A stretch of 64,000 bases of DNA from the human T2T-CHM13v2.0 reference genome, Homo sapiens: assembly GCF_009914755.1 (NCBI RefSeq), contig NC_060933.1. One strand, written 5' to 3'. Below, piece after piece: positions 1 through 13,705 of this stretch. Made by a program: the position numbers and the translations under genes. A model generated the notes under the pieces. That model made no database searches and was not told the origin of the DNA. It saw only the letters and a program-made list of their open reading frames with translations. Every line of letters starts with the position of its first letter. Positions within the stretch are counted from its first letter, which is position 1.

Positions 1-890
<890 letters not shown>

Positions 891-1297
891 TAAGGCATTC
901 ATGGTATCGCAGTATGATTCTAATTTGCATTCTCATGAATTTGCTATTTTCATTTACTGTTTCATCATGGACATTTTTCCATGTTACTACATGTAAGTCT
1001 CCCGCCCTGAAGAAATAAACCAAAACATAAATTAACGGTACTGTATAGATGTACCAGAATTTTTTAAACCTGGCTCCTCTGAATGGCTATGTTTTCTTTA
1101 TTTTTTGTTATTAGAAGTAATGGTGAAATCAGTATTCTTATCACGCATGTATTTGCACCGATGTTCCCCACACCCATTTGTTGTCATTTGACTTTGTCCT
1201 GGTACGTGCACAGATAAATTTTCTTTAAACTTTATGCTATCAAGTTAATCAATCGTGTCCTTGATGGCTTTCGAGTTGTCTTTGTTGTATACATGCC

Positions 1298-1431
1298 TTT
1301 TTATTTTTATTTTAAGAGACAGCGGTCTATTTGTGTTGCCCAGGCTGGTCTCAAACTGCTAGCCTCAAGCGATCCTCTCGCCTCAGCCTCCCAAGTCGCT
1401 AGGATTACAGGCGTGAACAACCGTGACGGGC
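1298..1431 (-). mobile_element. FLAM/Alu monomer
   Basis: Single arm with poly-T: gagacagcggtct...ggattacaggcgtga. Confidence 0.85.
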
Positions 1432-1519
1432 TCTGTTCTATGCTTTAAAGATCTTCTCTGTTCAGAAATTTTAGAATTAAAGTGTTTTCAACAAAGCTTT
1501 CATGGTTGCAGTTTTTCAT

Positions 1520-2360
1520 CCCATACCTGAGGGCACGGTATTTTCTAAGTCCGCTTGCGCGGCTCTGGAAAGCCCGGCCTGGCAGGGCGCCCGGCCCGCA
1601 GGCTCGCGGTTACATTTTCCACGGGCCAGACTGGGAATCACGTAGGGAGAGTCTGTACTCTTCCCAGCAGTCAGCCTTCCCTTATGCTGCTGGGGACGCG
1701 TCGTGCTGACCCGGAGCTCGGAGAGGAGCCAGACGCGCTCCACCCACTCAGGTCTGAGAAGCGATCCGACATGGACTACTGCCATTTGCGCCGTTGTCGG
1801 GCTCCACCTGGCGGCCGATGTTACGTATTGCACTTGTTCTCTGGAGCTCCCGCGAGAGAGAGAAGTGGCCGCTGTGCACCAGCGTCGAGTTCCAGGATGT
1901 CCCTAGCGTTAGCAGGATTGTTCCGCCTGCTAGCAAAGCATTCGCTCCCCATCTGTTCGTGGGAGCTTGGACCTACAGCTTAAGGTCGGAGGAGGCTCTT
2001 GTCGCGCTCTTAGCCCTGGATGCTCTGTGGTGGGGCAACATGCGGGTCGACCAGCAACCCCCAGTGCCTGCCCCTCCAACACGAGACCTATCGGGGTCAA
2101 CACGAACCATCTTGAAAGGGTGTTTGGAGGCCTCCCCGCGTGTGTCCCGATACCAGTACCTTCCATTTGACCCCATTTTCCTCAAGTTCTGCCTCAGAGG
2201 TGGGCACCGGCAGCTGTACTCAGAGGACCGCGGAGGGGGCTCCACCAGCCTGCACTAGGTCCCGCGTCGGTGCGCATCCTCAGACCTGCCTTTTCCGAGG
2301 CCCGCTTGGGAGGTGACAAGGGACTGGAGAAGAACCAGGTGCCCCGGGGAGGGCGTCTCA
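1520..2360. promoter_or_regulatory. CpG island / putative promoter
   Basis: Sharp rise in GC content and CpG density (cgcg, gcgc, ccgg) relative to AT-rich L1 flanks; no repeat recognised. Confidence 0.7.
1799..1817 (-). promoter_or_regulatory. Candidate CTCF site
   Basis: Minus strand CGGCCGCCAGGTGGAGCCC, close to the CTCF core CCGCCAGGTGGCGC. Confidence 0.55.
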
Positions 2361-2989
2361 GATTCTGTCTGTGTGGAGCAGGACCCTGACGCCACGGGGA
2401 GGTTCCTTATGTTTTTGGCCTCTTCCCACATACCTTAACCTCTTCCCAAATACTGGGAACCCCAGGATTCATTTGGCTGCCGAAACTGTCCAAGCTCTAG
2501 GCTGCAGGCACCAACCTATTCCAGTATAGTCCTTTGCTCCAGGACACCTGGGCCGCTTTCCTGAGGGAAGAACATTCCCTTTATCAGGCAGAGACCCTGG
2601 CCACCCATGCCATCCACAAGCTGTTCCTGCCAGATCTGCCGGCACTCAGTCATCCTGGGCCATCAGGCTACTGAGTTCCGGGAGATGGTGAGTGCTCAGG
2701 GTGTGTGTGTGGCCGGCCAGAGGTGTCAGAGCCCAAAGTAGCTGGGAAGTAGCCAGAGGAAAGCCAAGTCCCCAGTCATCTGATGCTAACCTCGAACTTT
2801 TCATCCTTCTCCTTCCTCGTGCATTGCTCCTTCCAGGCATTCTTTAATCACAGCTGTGTTGGAGGCTGGGATTCCAGACCCAGCACTAACAGGGTACAGC
2901 CACAGCTGCAGCATCTCACCGTGACCTAGAGCCTGGCCCAGCTACCCAACTCAGGCAGTTCATCTAGCACAGCATCCCTGGGAGGTGGC

Positions 2990-3110
2990 CACTGTGAGAT
3001 TCACTTCGGATTAGGAACTGAGGCTCCAAAGCCACAAGTGACTTGCCCAACATCAGGTAGAAGGATTAGAATTTAGGTCTGCCGGCCTCTAAAGCTGTCT
3101 CCCAAAGAAT
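2990..3110. mobile_element. MIR fragment
   Basis: MIR core ggaactgaggctc...gtgacttgcccaa. Confidence 0.6.
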
Positions 3111-3769
3111 AGACCATTAACCAAGGAGACAGGTTATTTCCAGGTAATACAATGAAGTAATGTAACTACAAAGAAGGATGAGTAATCATGGTGGGGGCAG
3201 GATGGGGGGGCTCTCCCTGCATCTGTCTCTTCTCTTCCTCCTGCCCCCAGGCCCAGCCACTGAACATGCTCCTGGACCTTGATGTGCTGGGCTTCCATGT
3301 TGTCCTGTCTTGGCTCAGACACCACAGAAGGATCACTCCCCTTCCGGTGATAATGGAGTTCTTCATTACTAAAGTGTGCAGTCATGAAATCCATTACTAA
3401 CCCTGAGACTCTCGGGCAAGAGGTGACAGGTCAGCTAAGTGGGAGAACAGTAGCAAAGTATAATGGAATAAGATGGGGAGGCTTCCAATCAGAGAAGGAC
3501 AGTAAACACAGACACAAGCTGGGTGGCCTCCACACCTGTATTCAGTTCCCCAAGGTACTGTGGGGAAGAAGACATCTGCAACTCAGTAAAATCACATCTA
3601 AATCCTTAAAAAGGATTCTTCTCCTCTATACATTAGTCAAAACCCTCATGGGTACTTTATCCAGATATGAACATAAAATAGTATTTTCTGCACATCTAAT
3701 TAGCAACAATTCAGGACCATTACAATAGTCCAGGTGGCGAGGACCAGTGAGATCCTTTGATGCTTCTCT

Positions 3770-4110
3770 TGAAAAATGTACATGGTGCCATTTTTTGCAG
3801 CATCATTTGGCAATATGTATTAAGAAGCTGTAAAATGTTTACAGCCTTTGACCTACAAATCGTACCTCTGGGAATTTTTAGGAATATAATATTCAGAGAT
3901 GCTGACAAAGACCTGTGTACAGAATGTTCGTTGCAAACCAGCTCTGTTCTATGCTTTAAAGAGCCCATTATTCACAATAGCTGAAAATTGGAAGCAACTT
4001 CCATGACCAATGAATAGGAAAAAAGTAAAGAAAATTGTTGGGGTCGGGGGACTCTACAATAAAAATCATAATACTTTCCAAATGTTTTAGAAAGAATGTT
4101 GATGCTACGG
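3770..4110 (+). mobile_element. L1ME-type 3' fragment
   Basis: catttggcaatatgtatt...attattcacaatagctgaaaattggaagcaac. Confidence 0.6.
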
Positions 4111-4369
4111 GGGAAATGAGGGAGCTTCCTAATGAAGCATATTAAACTTAATAGATCTCAAAGGCGACTCTCGTTTTCACACTCAAATATGACTCTTCCT
4201 TTTCTTCTCTCAGTGAAAAGCACTGAGATGGGAAAAGTCCCCAACTTCTCCCAGTTTCCCACGTCAAAAATCTAGAATTTGTTCTTGATTCTTTCCTTTC
4301 TCTCTCACTGGACAGCCACTGCTACAATCAGTCCTGCTGGGGCTGTTTCAAATGAATACCTCTGGGCCA

Positions 4370-4580
4370 TCCCCTTCCCTATCTTCACCCTCCCACTTCC
4401 TTGTCTTCCTCTCCTCTCTTTTCCTCCCTCCTTGTCCCTTATCTACTCCCTCCCCTCCTTGCCCTTCTCTTCATCTCCCTTACCCTATTACTCCCTCCTC
4501 TCCCTATCTGCGCCTGTCCCTCCCCTTCCCACCCCACCTTACCCTGCCATCACTTCATTCTCACTAGGTCTCCTCTCTCA
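4370..4580. repeat. Polypyrimidine (C/T-rich) low-complexity tract
   Basis: Almost entirely C/T on the plus strand. Confidence 0.8.
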
Positions 4581-5573
4581 GGGATGACCCCAATGTCCTT
4601 CTGCTACTTGAGGGGCTCCCAGCTTCCTTCTTTAGCCCAGAGCCCCTTCTGTGCCCACAGCCAGAGGCCTCCCATGGAATGTAAGTCCTTCACTCACTCC
4701 CTGTTGGACTCCCCACAAGTGGATTCCTTGCTACTTAGAGCAAAACACAAAGCTCTTCCTGTGGAACTGAGCTTCGACTGGTGGGGGACATAAGAGGCAG
4801 CCACTGGCCCAACCAGCCAAGGCCTAAAGCTCGCAGAAGAGAAATTCTCATTAGCAGAATTTTCAGTCGTTGGAGCTGAGCTGCAGGATGTTTGAGTGTG
4901 GAGACCTAGCACAAAATGTACCAATGGGGGGCTGGTCCGAGTCTTCAGTCCCCTACCATGCTCCCTACCTCTATACTGTGTGCTCCTGTCACTCTAGCTT
5001 CCTTCTGCATGGAATGCCTCCTTTCTATTTTCTGTGGTCACACCTCTGCAGTGAGCCCCATGAGACCCACCAACTTCAGAAGCTGCCCCTGACACCTCTA
5101 GCAGTAGACAAGTGTGTCCTGTGCTGTCCATGCCCTTCCTTTGTACCTATAAGCTGGTGACTCTGTTCTATAAATAGTTAGGTCCCTGTCTCATCTTCCC
5201 AGCCGGACTGTGAGGTATTCATGGTGGGATCTATGTCTGATCCATCTCAGGGAGTCCCGTGGAGCTTGACCTAATGCCCGGCATGTGGGAATCCCAGAGA
5301 GGAAACAGCATGTGCAAAGGCTGGAGACCTGATGGCACCTGTGGCAATACGGAAGAGTCCATGTGTGTAAAGGGCAACAAAATAGAGCAGTATTAGATAA
5401 AATAAATATTCTTGAGTGCATACTGATATAAATAAATGATTAAATAAGTTAATGAATGAGGGAAAGGAGATAAATTTCCCATGCAGGATTTCAAATGAAT
5501 TATGTTATATATTCCATCCCAAAGGAGAGCGAGAATAACTCCCCACTCCTTATGTGTGGGCTGCACACAGTGA

Positions 5574-6167
<594 letters not shown>

Positions 6168-6968
6168 GATATTCTTCAATTAGAAACTGAGGTTGCTGAT
6201 CTGAGACCCTTATTCTTTTCTAATACAGTAATATCATAAATTTCCCTTCAGGTACTGCTTCAGTGACAACCGACAAATTCTTTGTTGTTTTTCTATTTCC
6301 AATAACTTCAAATAACTTTCTAATATTCCTTTAGATTTCTTCTTTGTCCTATGAGTTATTTAGAAGTGAGTTAATTTCCAAATATTTGGGGATATTTAAA
6401 GGATCTTTCTGTTACTGGTTTTTAATTTTATTCCATTGTGGCCTGAGAACATACTTTGTAGTTGAATACTTTTTTATTTATTGAGGTTTTTAATGGGCTA
6501 TAATGTGGTCTATCTCCATAAATCTTCCGTGCACAGTTGAGAAAATGTGTATTTTGCTTTTATAGGGTGGAGTATTCTATAAATATAAATCAGGTCAAGT
6601 TGGTTGATGGTGTTGTTCAAGTCCAATACATTCTTGCTGATTTATTGCCTATTTATTCTATGAAGTGTTGAGAGTGGGATTAAAATCTCTGATGGTTATC
6701 TCTATCTCTACTTATTGTTTTATTACTTTTCTTCATACATTTTGAAGCTTTTTTTGTTAGGTACAAAAAGACGTAAGTTTGTTATGTCTTCTTCATTAAC
6801 TAACCACATTATCAGTAAGAAATAATCTCTTTAATCCCTGGTAATAGCCTTTGCTCTGAAGTCCATTTTGGCATTCGTATAGCCACCTCAGCTTTCTTTT
6901 GACTAGTCTTGGCATGGTATATCTTTTTCCATCCTCTTACATCTAACCTATTTGCATCTTTATATTTA

Positions 6969-7364
<396 letters not shown>

Positions 7365-7880
7365 TTAAATGTAATGTAATTCCTAATATGGTTGAGTCTC
7401 TTATCTTGCTATTGTTTTCTACTCATCACATCTGTCCTTTATTCTCTTTTACATCTTTTTCTGTCTTCTTTTGGATTTACCCAATATATTTTTATGATTC
7501 CATTTGATCTCCTTTGTTAGTTTAATAGCTGTAATCTTTTGGTTTGTTATCTTAGTGGTGGCTCCAGGGTTTACAGTGTACACCTTTAACTGATCACGGC
7601 TGACCTTCAGGTGACAGTAGATCACATCATGTACAGTTTAAGAATCTGAGAATAGTAAACTTCCCCCCTTTTAGTCTTTAAGCTCTTATTGTCATCCATT
7701 TTACTTTTACATATATTATAAACTGCATATTACTTTATTTCCTAAACAATTATCTTTTAGAGAAGTTTAAATAATATAAAGTATATATCCATGTTGTTAC
7801 TATTTCTGGTATAGATACACAATGTTACTATTTCTGGTGTAGACCATTTCTTTGTGTGGATCCAGATTTCCATCTGGTAT

Positions 7881-9687
7881 TGCTACGGGATCCTTGAGGT
7901 ATTACTTCATCAGCCAAAAGCCTCTATGGCCAGTGGAGCCTTTTCCAGAGTTTTGCTCTGGATCTCTGGTCTTGTTCCACCCACTCGGCCTGGCAGGCTG
8001 TGCTCAGTTCCCACTATGAGCCTGGATCGCTTGTCTGCCAAGGGTAAGCCAGGCACGGAGGAGCAAGGGGTGTGTGAGCAAGCATGGGGTCCGGCCACTG
8101 CACACAGCCAGGCATGCCGGCTGAGGGGGGATAGGCGATGGGCAGGCAGCTTCAGGCACTGGCACGGGTGCCAGCTCCATGCAAGGCTGCAGCTAGACCA
8201 GGCATACCATAAGCAGCTTCCACGGCTGACACCAGGGAATGTGGTGGTGCCCAGAACCCTGGAGATGCCAGGAACCCACAGAGCCCTAAAGAGGGTGTCA
8301 CAGCCCTGGCTCGGAGTTCCTAGGTCTGGGCTCCCTGAAGAGCCACAGCTCTTCTCTTCTCTCTTCTCATTGCTTGCAATGTGACAAACAAGGGGCATGT
8401 TTCAGCGCTGTTTGTGTTATAGCTATTTTAGCTCCGCCATTCAGCAGGTCTCCAGTTCTTGTCCTGAGACCAGGAAGAATGATATATGCAGACAAGTGGA
8501 AGGTGAACAAGATGAAGAGGAGCTTTACCGAGAGATAAGACAGCTCAGAGGAGACCCGCAGTGGGTAGCTCCTCTCCATAGCCAGGGTGTCCTGTTGAGT
8601 ACTGAGCTCTCAGCAGAGAGGGCAGCTCCTCTCTGCAGGCAGGTCATCCCGTTGTCTCTTCAGCTCTCAGCACAGAGGGTATCTCCTCCCTGAAGACTGG
8701 CGGCCCACCCCCTAGGCTTCAGCCCCACCCCAGCTTGCAGGTGGGGCTTCACTGGAAACCTGCTCCCTTCCACCCAAGAGCCTGTTTGCCTCCTGTCATT
8801 GTTCATGGCACCCACGTTATTCATGCCAAGGAGTACCTGCAGGCCAGTGCCAAGCTGTCCTCAGCCCCACTTCAGCCTCCTTCCCATGCTTGTCAGCCTC
8901 CACAGTCCAAAGGGGGCCAAGGGGCTGGCATGTCAGCACTACTCCAAGCATGCACACATGCAGCTGGGATGCGAAAGTGCTGAGAGAGAGACAGTGCCCC
9001 AGGTTGTGAACTGTGACAGGAGCAGATGCTAACAGTAAGGAGAACACGGACAGTGGGAGCAGGCACTTCCTAGCCTGCAGGGAAAGGGGTGCCTTCCTGG
9101 GCCCCCAAGAGTATGGAGATTCCTGGGTCCACAGCTGCAGCTTGGGTGGCTGCAGCTGCACTTGGGAGGGCGGGGCTCCTGCCTACTCTTGGCTCCCAAG
9201 AGCACAGGAGTGCCCTGGTAGCAGCCACAGCTTGGGTGGCTGCAGTTGCACCTGGGAAGCTCCCACTCTACCAACTTTCTGGCTCCATAAAGCATGCAGC
9301 CCTAGCCATACCACTGGTCTGCATTTTCCCCTTAGTGGCAGCAGGCAAGGTGCGGGTGGCTGGTGGCCTCAGCCAACCCCGCGCAAACAAACCCAATGCT
9401 CCTGGGGCCACCCCACAAGTCCTGGCTGCACTATCAGCTCACAGACTCCTGAGACGCAGCACACAGCGAGATTGAAGGCACGGCAGAGGTTCCGGGCCTG
9501 CAGTGGGTCCTTCCCAGTTGTGCAAGGGTCGGGGTGGTGCAGTCAGCTGCCTCAGGGATGTAGGGCACAGGGGACCCACCACTACCACTGCTGCTCCCAC
9601 AGCCACTTCTGCCACCACCACTTGTGCCTCCATACTGCAGCTGGCGTGATAACAGTGGCTGCTCCAGATGGCACACCGCTGCCATTA
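7881..9687 (-). mobile_element. MER52-family ERV1 solo LTR (~1.8 kb)
   Basis: GC-rich, with MER52-like ends (tgctacgggatccttg...ccgctgccatta) and a 4-bp TSD gtat (7877-7880 / 9688-9691) inside the L1. Confidence 0.8.
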
Positions 9688-10235
9688 GTATCGTTTTCTT
9701 TATGCCTGAAGGACATCCCTTAACTTTTCTTATAGTGCAGGTCTGCAGGTAGTAAAGTCGTTCAGCTTTTTCGAGTCTGAAAACTTCTTTATTTCTTCAT
9801 CTATTATTCTCTTTTTGATGACCGTTAGTTAAACCAATCCATTGAACTTTCCATTTCAATTATGATACTTTTCATTTCGTTTCTACTTGGTACTTTCCCC
9901 AATCTATTTGGTTATTTTCATGCTCAAGTTATTTCAACTCCTTTATTTCTTTAAGTATAAAACGCACTTTGTACTGTCTTTGGTAACTTGACTGTCTTAA
10001 GTTTTTGCAGGCCTGCTCTTTCTGTCCATTGTTTCTGCTGGCTCTTGCCGATTTTACATTTGTGATTTTTTATTGTGAACTTATATTCCTTGAAAGTATC
10101 TCAGAGTTTCTCCAAAGACAATCCATTTTGCATCTGTCAGTCACCTAGAAGGCACCAAAAAGCTGATATTGCTTTAAATTTGAAGCTTGAGACATTTTAG
10201 ACCACCCAGGTTGTGTGAACAAACCAGTTAAAGGG

Positions 10236-10236
<1 letters not shown>

Positions 10237-10272
<36 letters not shown>
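10237..10272. repeat. (TA)n microsatellite
   Basis: Seen directly. Confidence 0.95.
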
Positions 10273-10278
<6 letters not shown>

Positions 10279-10913
10279 CACACACATAAAACTCTCAGGG
10301 GAGATGTTTTCTCTCAGGATACCCAATGTTCCTCACTGTTCCTAGGGAAGCAGGGGTCAAGGGAAGCATACAGGGGGAGGCGGACAGGTTTATTCATAGT
10401 TCACCCTTACACTAAGTCTGTCCTTTTGGATCTCACTTTATGATGTCTCCTCTTAGCCCCTCCCACTTGGGCAGGCCCTCAGCTTTGTCTGCTGTTCTGC
10501 TGCCCCTTTTCCACCTCACGCTGTGAAAAACAGCAAAGTTTAGTTTGACAGGCAAATATCTGAAGGGTGAAAAGTGGCATCAGTGCCTTAGTTACTTCTT
10601 TGGGTTTCACTTCCATTTTAAAACTTTTTTAGCTTTTTGGAATTCTTATTTTGTAGCTCATTGACACATTTTTAAGAGGTTCTTGATATGTATTCCAGAA
10701 GCTTTAGTTGTTTCCAGCTGGTCCTTATCACCCCTACTGTTGGAAATAAAATTCTTTCAACTTGTTCTTTAGCAATGTACAGGCTCCATAGAGCTCTCGC
10801 TGATCCTGAGGCAACAGGGTAAGAACGTCACTTAGGAATCAGGCTGGCCTGAGATCAAGTCTCAGATCCACCAGCAGTGTGACATCAGTGCCTCGCTTTC
10901 TTTATAGGGTTGG

Positions 10914-12920
10914 TGATATGGTTTGGCTCTGAGTCCCCAGCCAAATGTCATGTCGAATTGTAATTTCCAATTACAATTGGAAATTGAATCTTACAATTGG
11001 AAATTGATTATTGAATCATAGGTGTGGACATCCCCCTTGCTGTTCTTGTGATAGGGCTCTCATGAGATCTGGCTGTTTAATACTGTATATTAACTTCCCC
11101 TGTGCTCCTGCTGTCCATACGAAGATATGCTTCCTTCCCTTTCACCTTCTACCATGATTGTAAGTTTCCTGAGGCCTCCTCAGCCATGCTTCCTGTACAG
11201 CTTGTGGAACCATGAGCCAATTAAACCTTTTTTTCTTTATAAATTACCCAGTCTCAGGTACTTCCTTATAGCAATGTGAGAACAAACTAATACAGAAAAT
11301 CGGTACCAGAGAAGTAGGGCATTGTTACAAAGATACCCGAAACTGTGGAAGCGACTTTGGACTTAGGTAATAGGCAGAGGTTGGAACAGTTTGGAAGGCT
11401 TATAAGAAGACATGAAGATGACGGCTGGGCATGGTAGCTCATGCCTGCAATCCCAGCACTTTGGGAGGGTGAAGCAGGTGGATCATTTGATGTCAGGGTT
11501 TCAAAGCCAGCCAGACCAACATGGTGAAACTCTGTCTCTACTAAAAATACAAAAAAAAATTAGGCGGGCATCATGGCGCATGCCTGTAATCCCAGCTACT
11601 CAGGAAGCTGAGGTAGGAGGATCATTTGAACCCAGGAGGCAGAGGTTGCAGTGAGCCAAGATTGTGCCACCACATTCCAGCCTGGATAACAGAGTGAGAC
11701 TCCATCTAAAAAAAACAAAAACAAAAACAAAAATGAAAACAAAACAAAAAAACAGAAGACAGGAAGAAAAGTTTGGAACTTCCTAGAGACTTGCTGAATG
11801 GTTGTGACTGAAATGCTCATATAGTGATACGGACAGTGAAATCCAGGCTGACGTGGTCTCAGATGGAGGTGAGGAACTTATTGGGAACTGGAGTTTGCAG
11901 TCACTCTTGCTATGTTTTAGCAAGGAGACTGGTGGCATTGTGCTCCTACTCTAGGGATCTGTGGAACTTCAAACTTTAGATGATTTAGGGCATCTGGCAG
12001 AAGAAATTTCTAAATTTCTAAACAGCAAAGCATTCAAGATATAACTTGGCTGCTTCTAACAGCATATGCTCATATACATTCACAAAGAGATGGTCTGAAA
12101 TTGGAACTTATATTTAAAAGGGAAGCAGAGCATAAAAGATTGGAAAATTTGCAGCCTGACCATGTGGTAGAAAAGAAAAACCAAATTTCTGGTAAGACAT
12201 TCAACTCAGCTGCAGGAATTTGCATAAGTAAAGAGGAGCAGAATGTGAATAGCCAAGATAATGGGGAAAATGCCTCCAGGGCATTTCAGAGATCTTCACA
12301 GTAGCCCTTCCCATCACAGGCCTGAAAGATTAGGAGGGAAAAATGGTTTCATGGCCTAGGCCCAGGACCCCACTGTTCTGTACAACCTCGGGACATGTCA
12401 CCCTGAATCCCAGCTGCTTCAGCTCCAGCTGTGGCTAAAAGGGCCCCAGATACATCTCAGGCCACTGCATCAGAGGGTGCAGCCATAAGAAGCCTTTGTG
12501 GCTTCCATGTGGTTTTAAGCTTACAGGTGCAAGGAAGGCAAGAGTTGAGGCTTGGGAGTTTCCACCTAGATTTTAAACGTTGTATGATAATGCCTGGATG
12601 TCCAGGAGGAAGTCTGCTGTAGGGTCAGAGCCCTCATGGAGAGCCTTTACTAAAGCAGTCTGGAGGTGAAATGTGGGTTTGGAGGCCCCACTCAATGTCC
12701 GCACTGGGGCACTGCCTAGTGGAGCTGTGAGAAGAGGGCCACTGTCCTGCAGGCCAGAGAATGGTAGATCCATTGAAAGCTTTCACTGTGTGCCTGAAAA
12801 AGCCACAGGCACTCAATGCCAGCCCATGGAAGCAGTCACTGGGGAAGTACCCTGCAGAGCCATGGGGCAGAGCTGCCCAAGGCCTTGGGACCCCACCCCT
12901 TGCATCAGTTTGGCCTGGAT
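10914..12920 (+). mobile_element. MST (MaLR) LTR 10914-11294 plus truncated MST internal sequence
   Basis: LTR tgatatggtttggctctg...ctaataca followed by internal sequence gaaaatcggtaccagagaagt. Confidence 0.85.
11423..11752 (+). mobile_element. Alu inserted in MST-int
   Basis: Full Alu with an (AAAAC)-type tail; TSD agaagacatgaaga / agaagacaggaaga. Confidence 0.95.
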
Positions 12921-12924
12921 GCAC

Positions 12925-13700
12925 ACCATGAGCAGTAATGGGAAAATTCTTATTGAAAAAGGCAAGAACAAATCAGCCCAGTGAGATGAATTACATGTTG
13001 CACTCCTTCCTGGGATGGAAGAATTGAACAATGATAGGATCTTCTACATTTCGGTTTTTACTTTTACTGACTCATGGGCAGTGGCCAATGGCCTGGCCAT
13101 GTGACCAGGCAGAGGGACAATGGCAAACTGGGCTGTGAAAGGATGTCCACATGGAGCACAGCACTGCAGGAATTTAAAGGGCACATTAAAGTAGGTCATG
13201 TCAATGCCCACCTGAAGAACCCCTCCCAGGTTCAGTGATCAGATCTGGTAGGTGGATATCCTGGTGACCTTGAGGTGGCCACCTGGGCTTAACAAAGGAG
13301 TGGACAAAGGGGAGCTGCAGCCGTGCAGGGATGGGCTGCTCAGCAACACGTCCCTCCTCCACCCTCAGAAGCACCAAATGCCAACAAGAACCGTCCTATC
13401 TGACAGCAGGAAGACAGAGACTGCAGGTGGCTATGGGGCAGATTCCCAGTGGGAAGGCACCACTCATAGCTAACAAGTAGATTATACCAGACTGAAGCCA
13501 GTATCCCTGGGAGGCTATAATGGGTCCTGACACGTTCTCTGGACTGGGCTTTGCATAGTCATTAGATTCAAATGCCAAAAATACTATAAAAGAACTGGAA
13601 CAGATGATAAGACATCAACTTGGACCACCAAGTTTTATTTCTTCAGGCCAAAGAACACATTTATGGCCCACAGTGTCCTATAATGGACATACCATGTTGC
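12925..13700 (+). mobile_element. Degenerate ERVL-class pol fragment (RNase H / integrase)
   Basis: Translated remnants GKNKSAQ*DEL, FTDSWAVANGLA, VGHVNAH, QVDY and DTFSGLGFA. Confidence 0.7.
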
Positions 13701-13705
13701 ATATT

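Noticed and set aside
1482-2258. Cluster of ORFs in the first CpG island
   Set aside because: Overlapping on both strands with Arg/Pro/Ala bias; expected by chance in GC-rich DNA.
3134-3400. ORFs on both strands in unique-looking sequence
   Set aside because: No recognisable protein and no convincing pair of splice sites.
9013-9723. Longest ORF (236 aa) and the overlapping ORFs at 7854-9685
   Set aside because: They lie almost entirely within the GC-rich MER52 LTR. Low stop-codon density explains their length, and no domain is recognisable.
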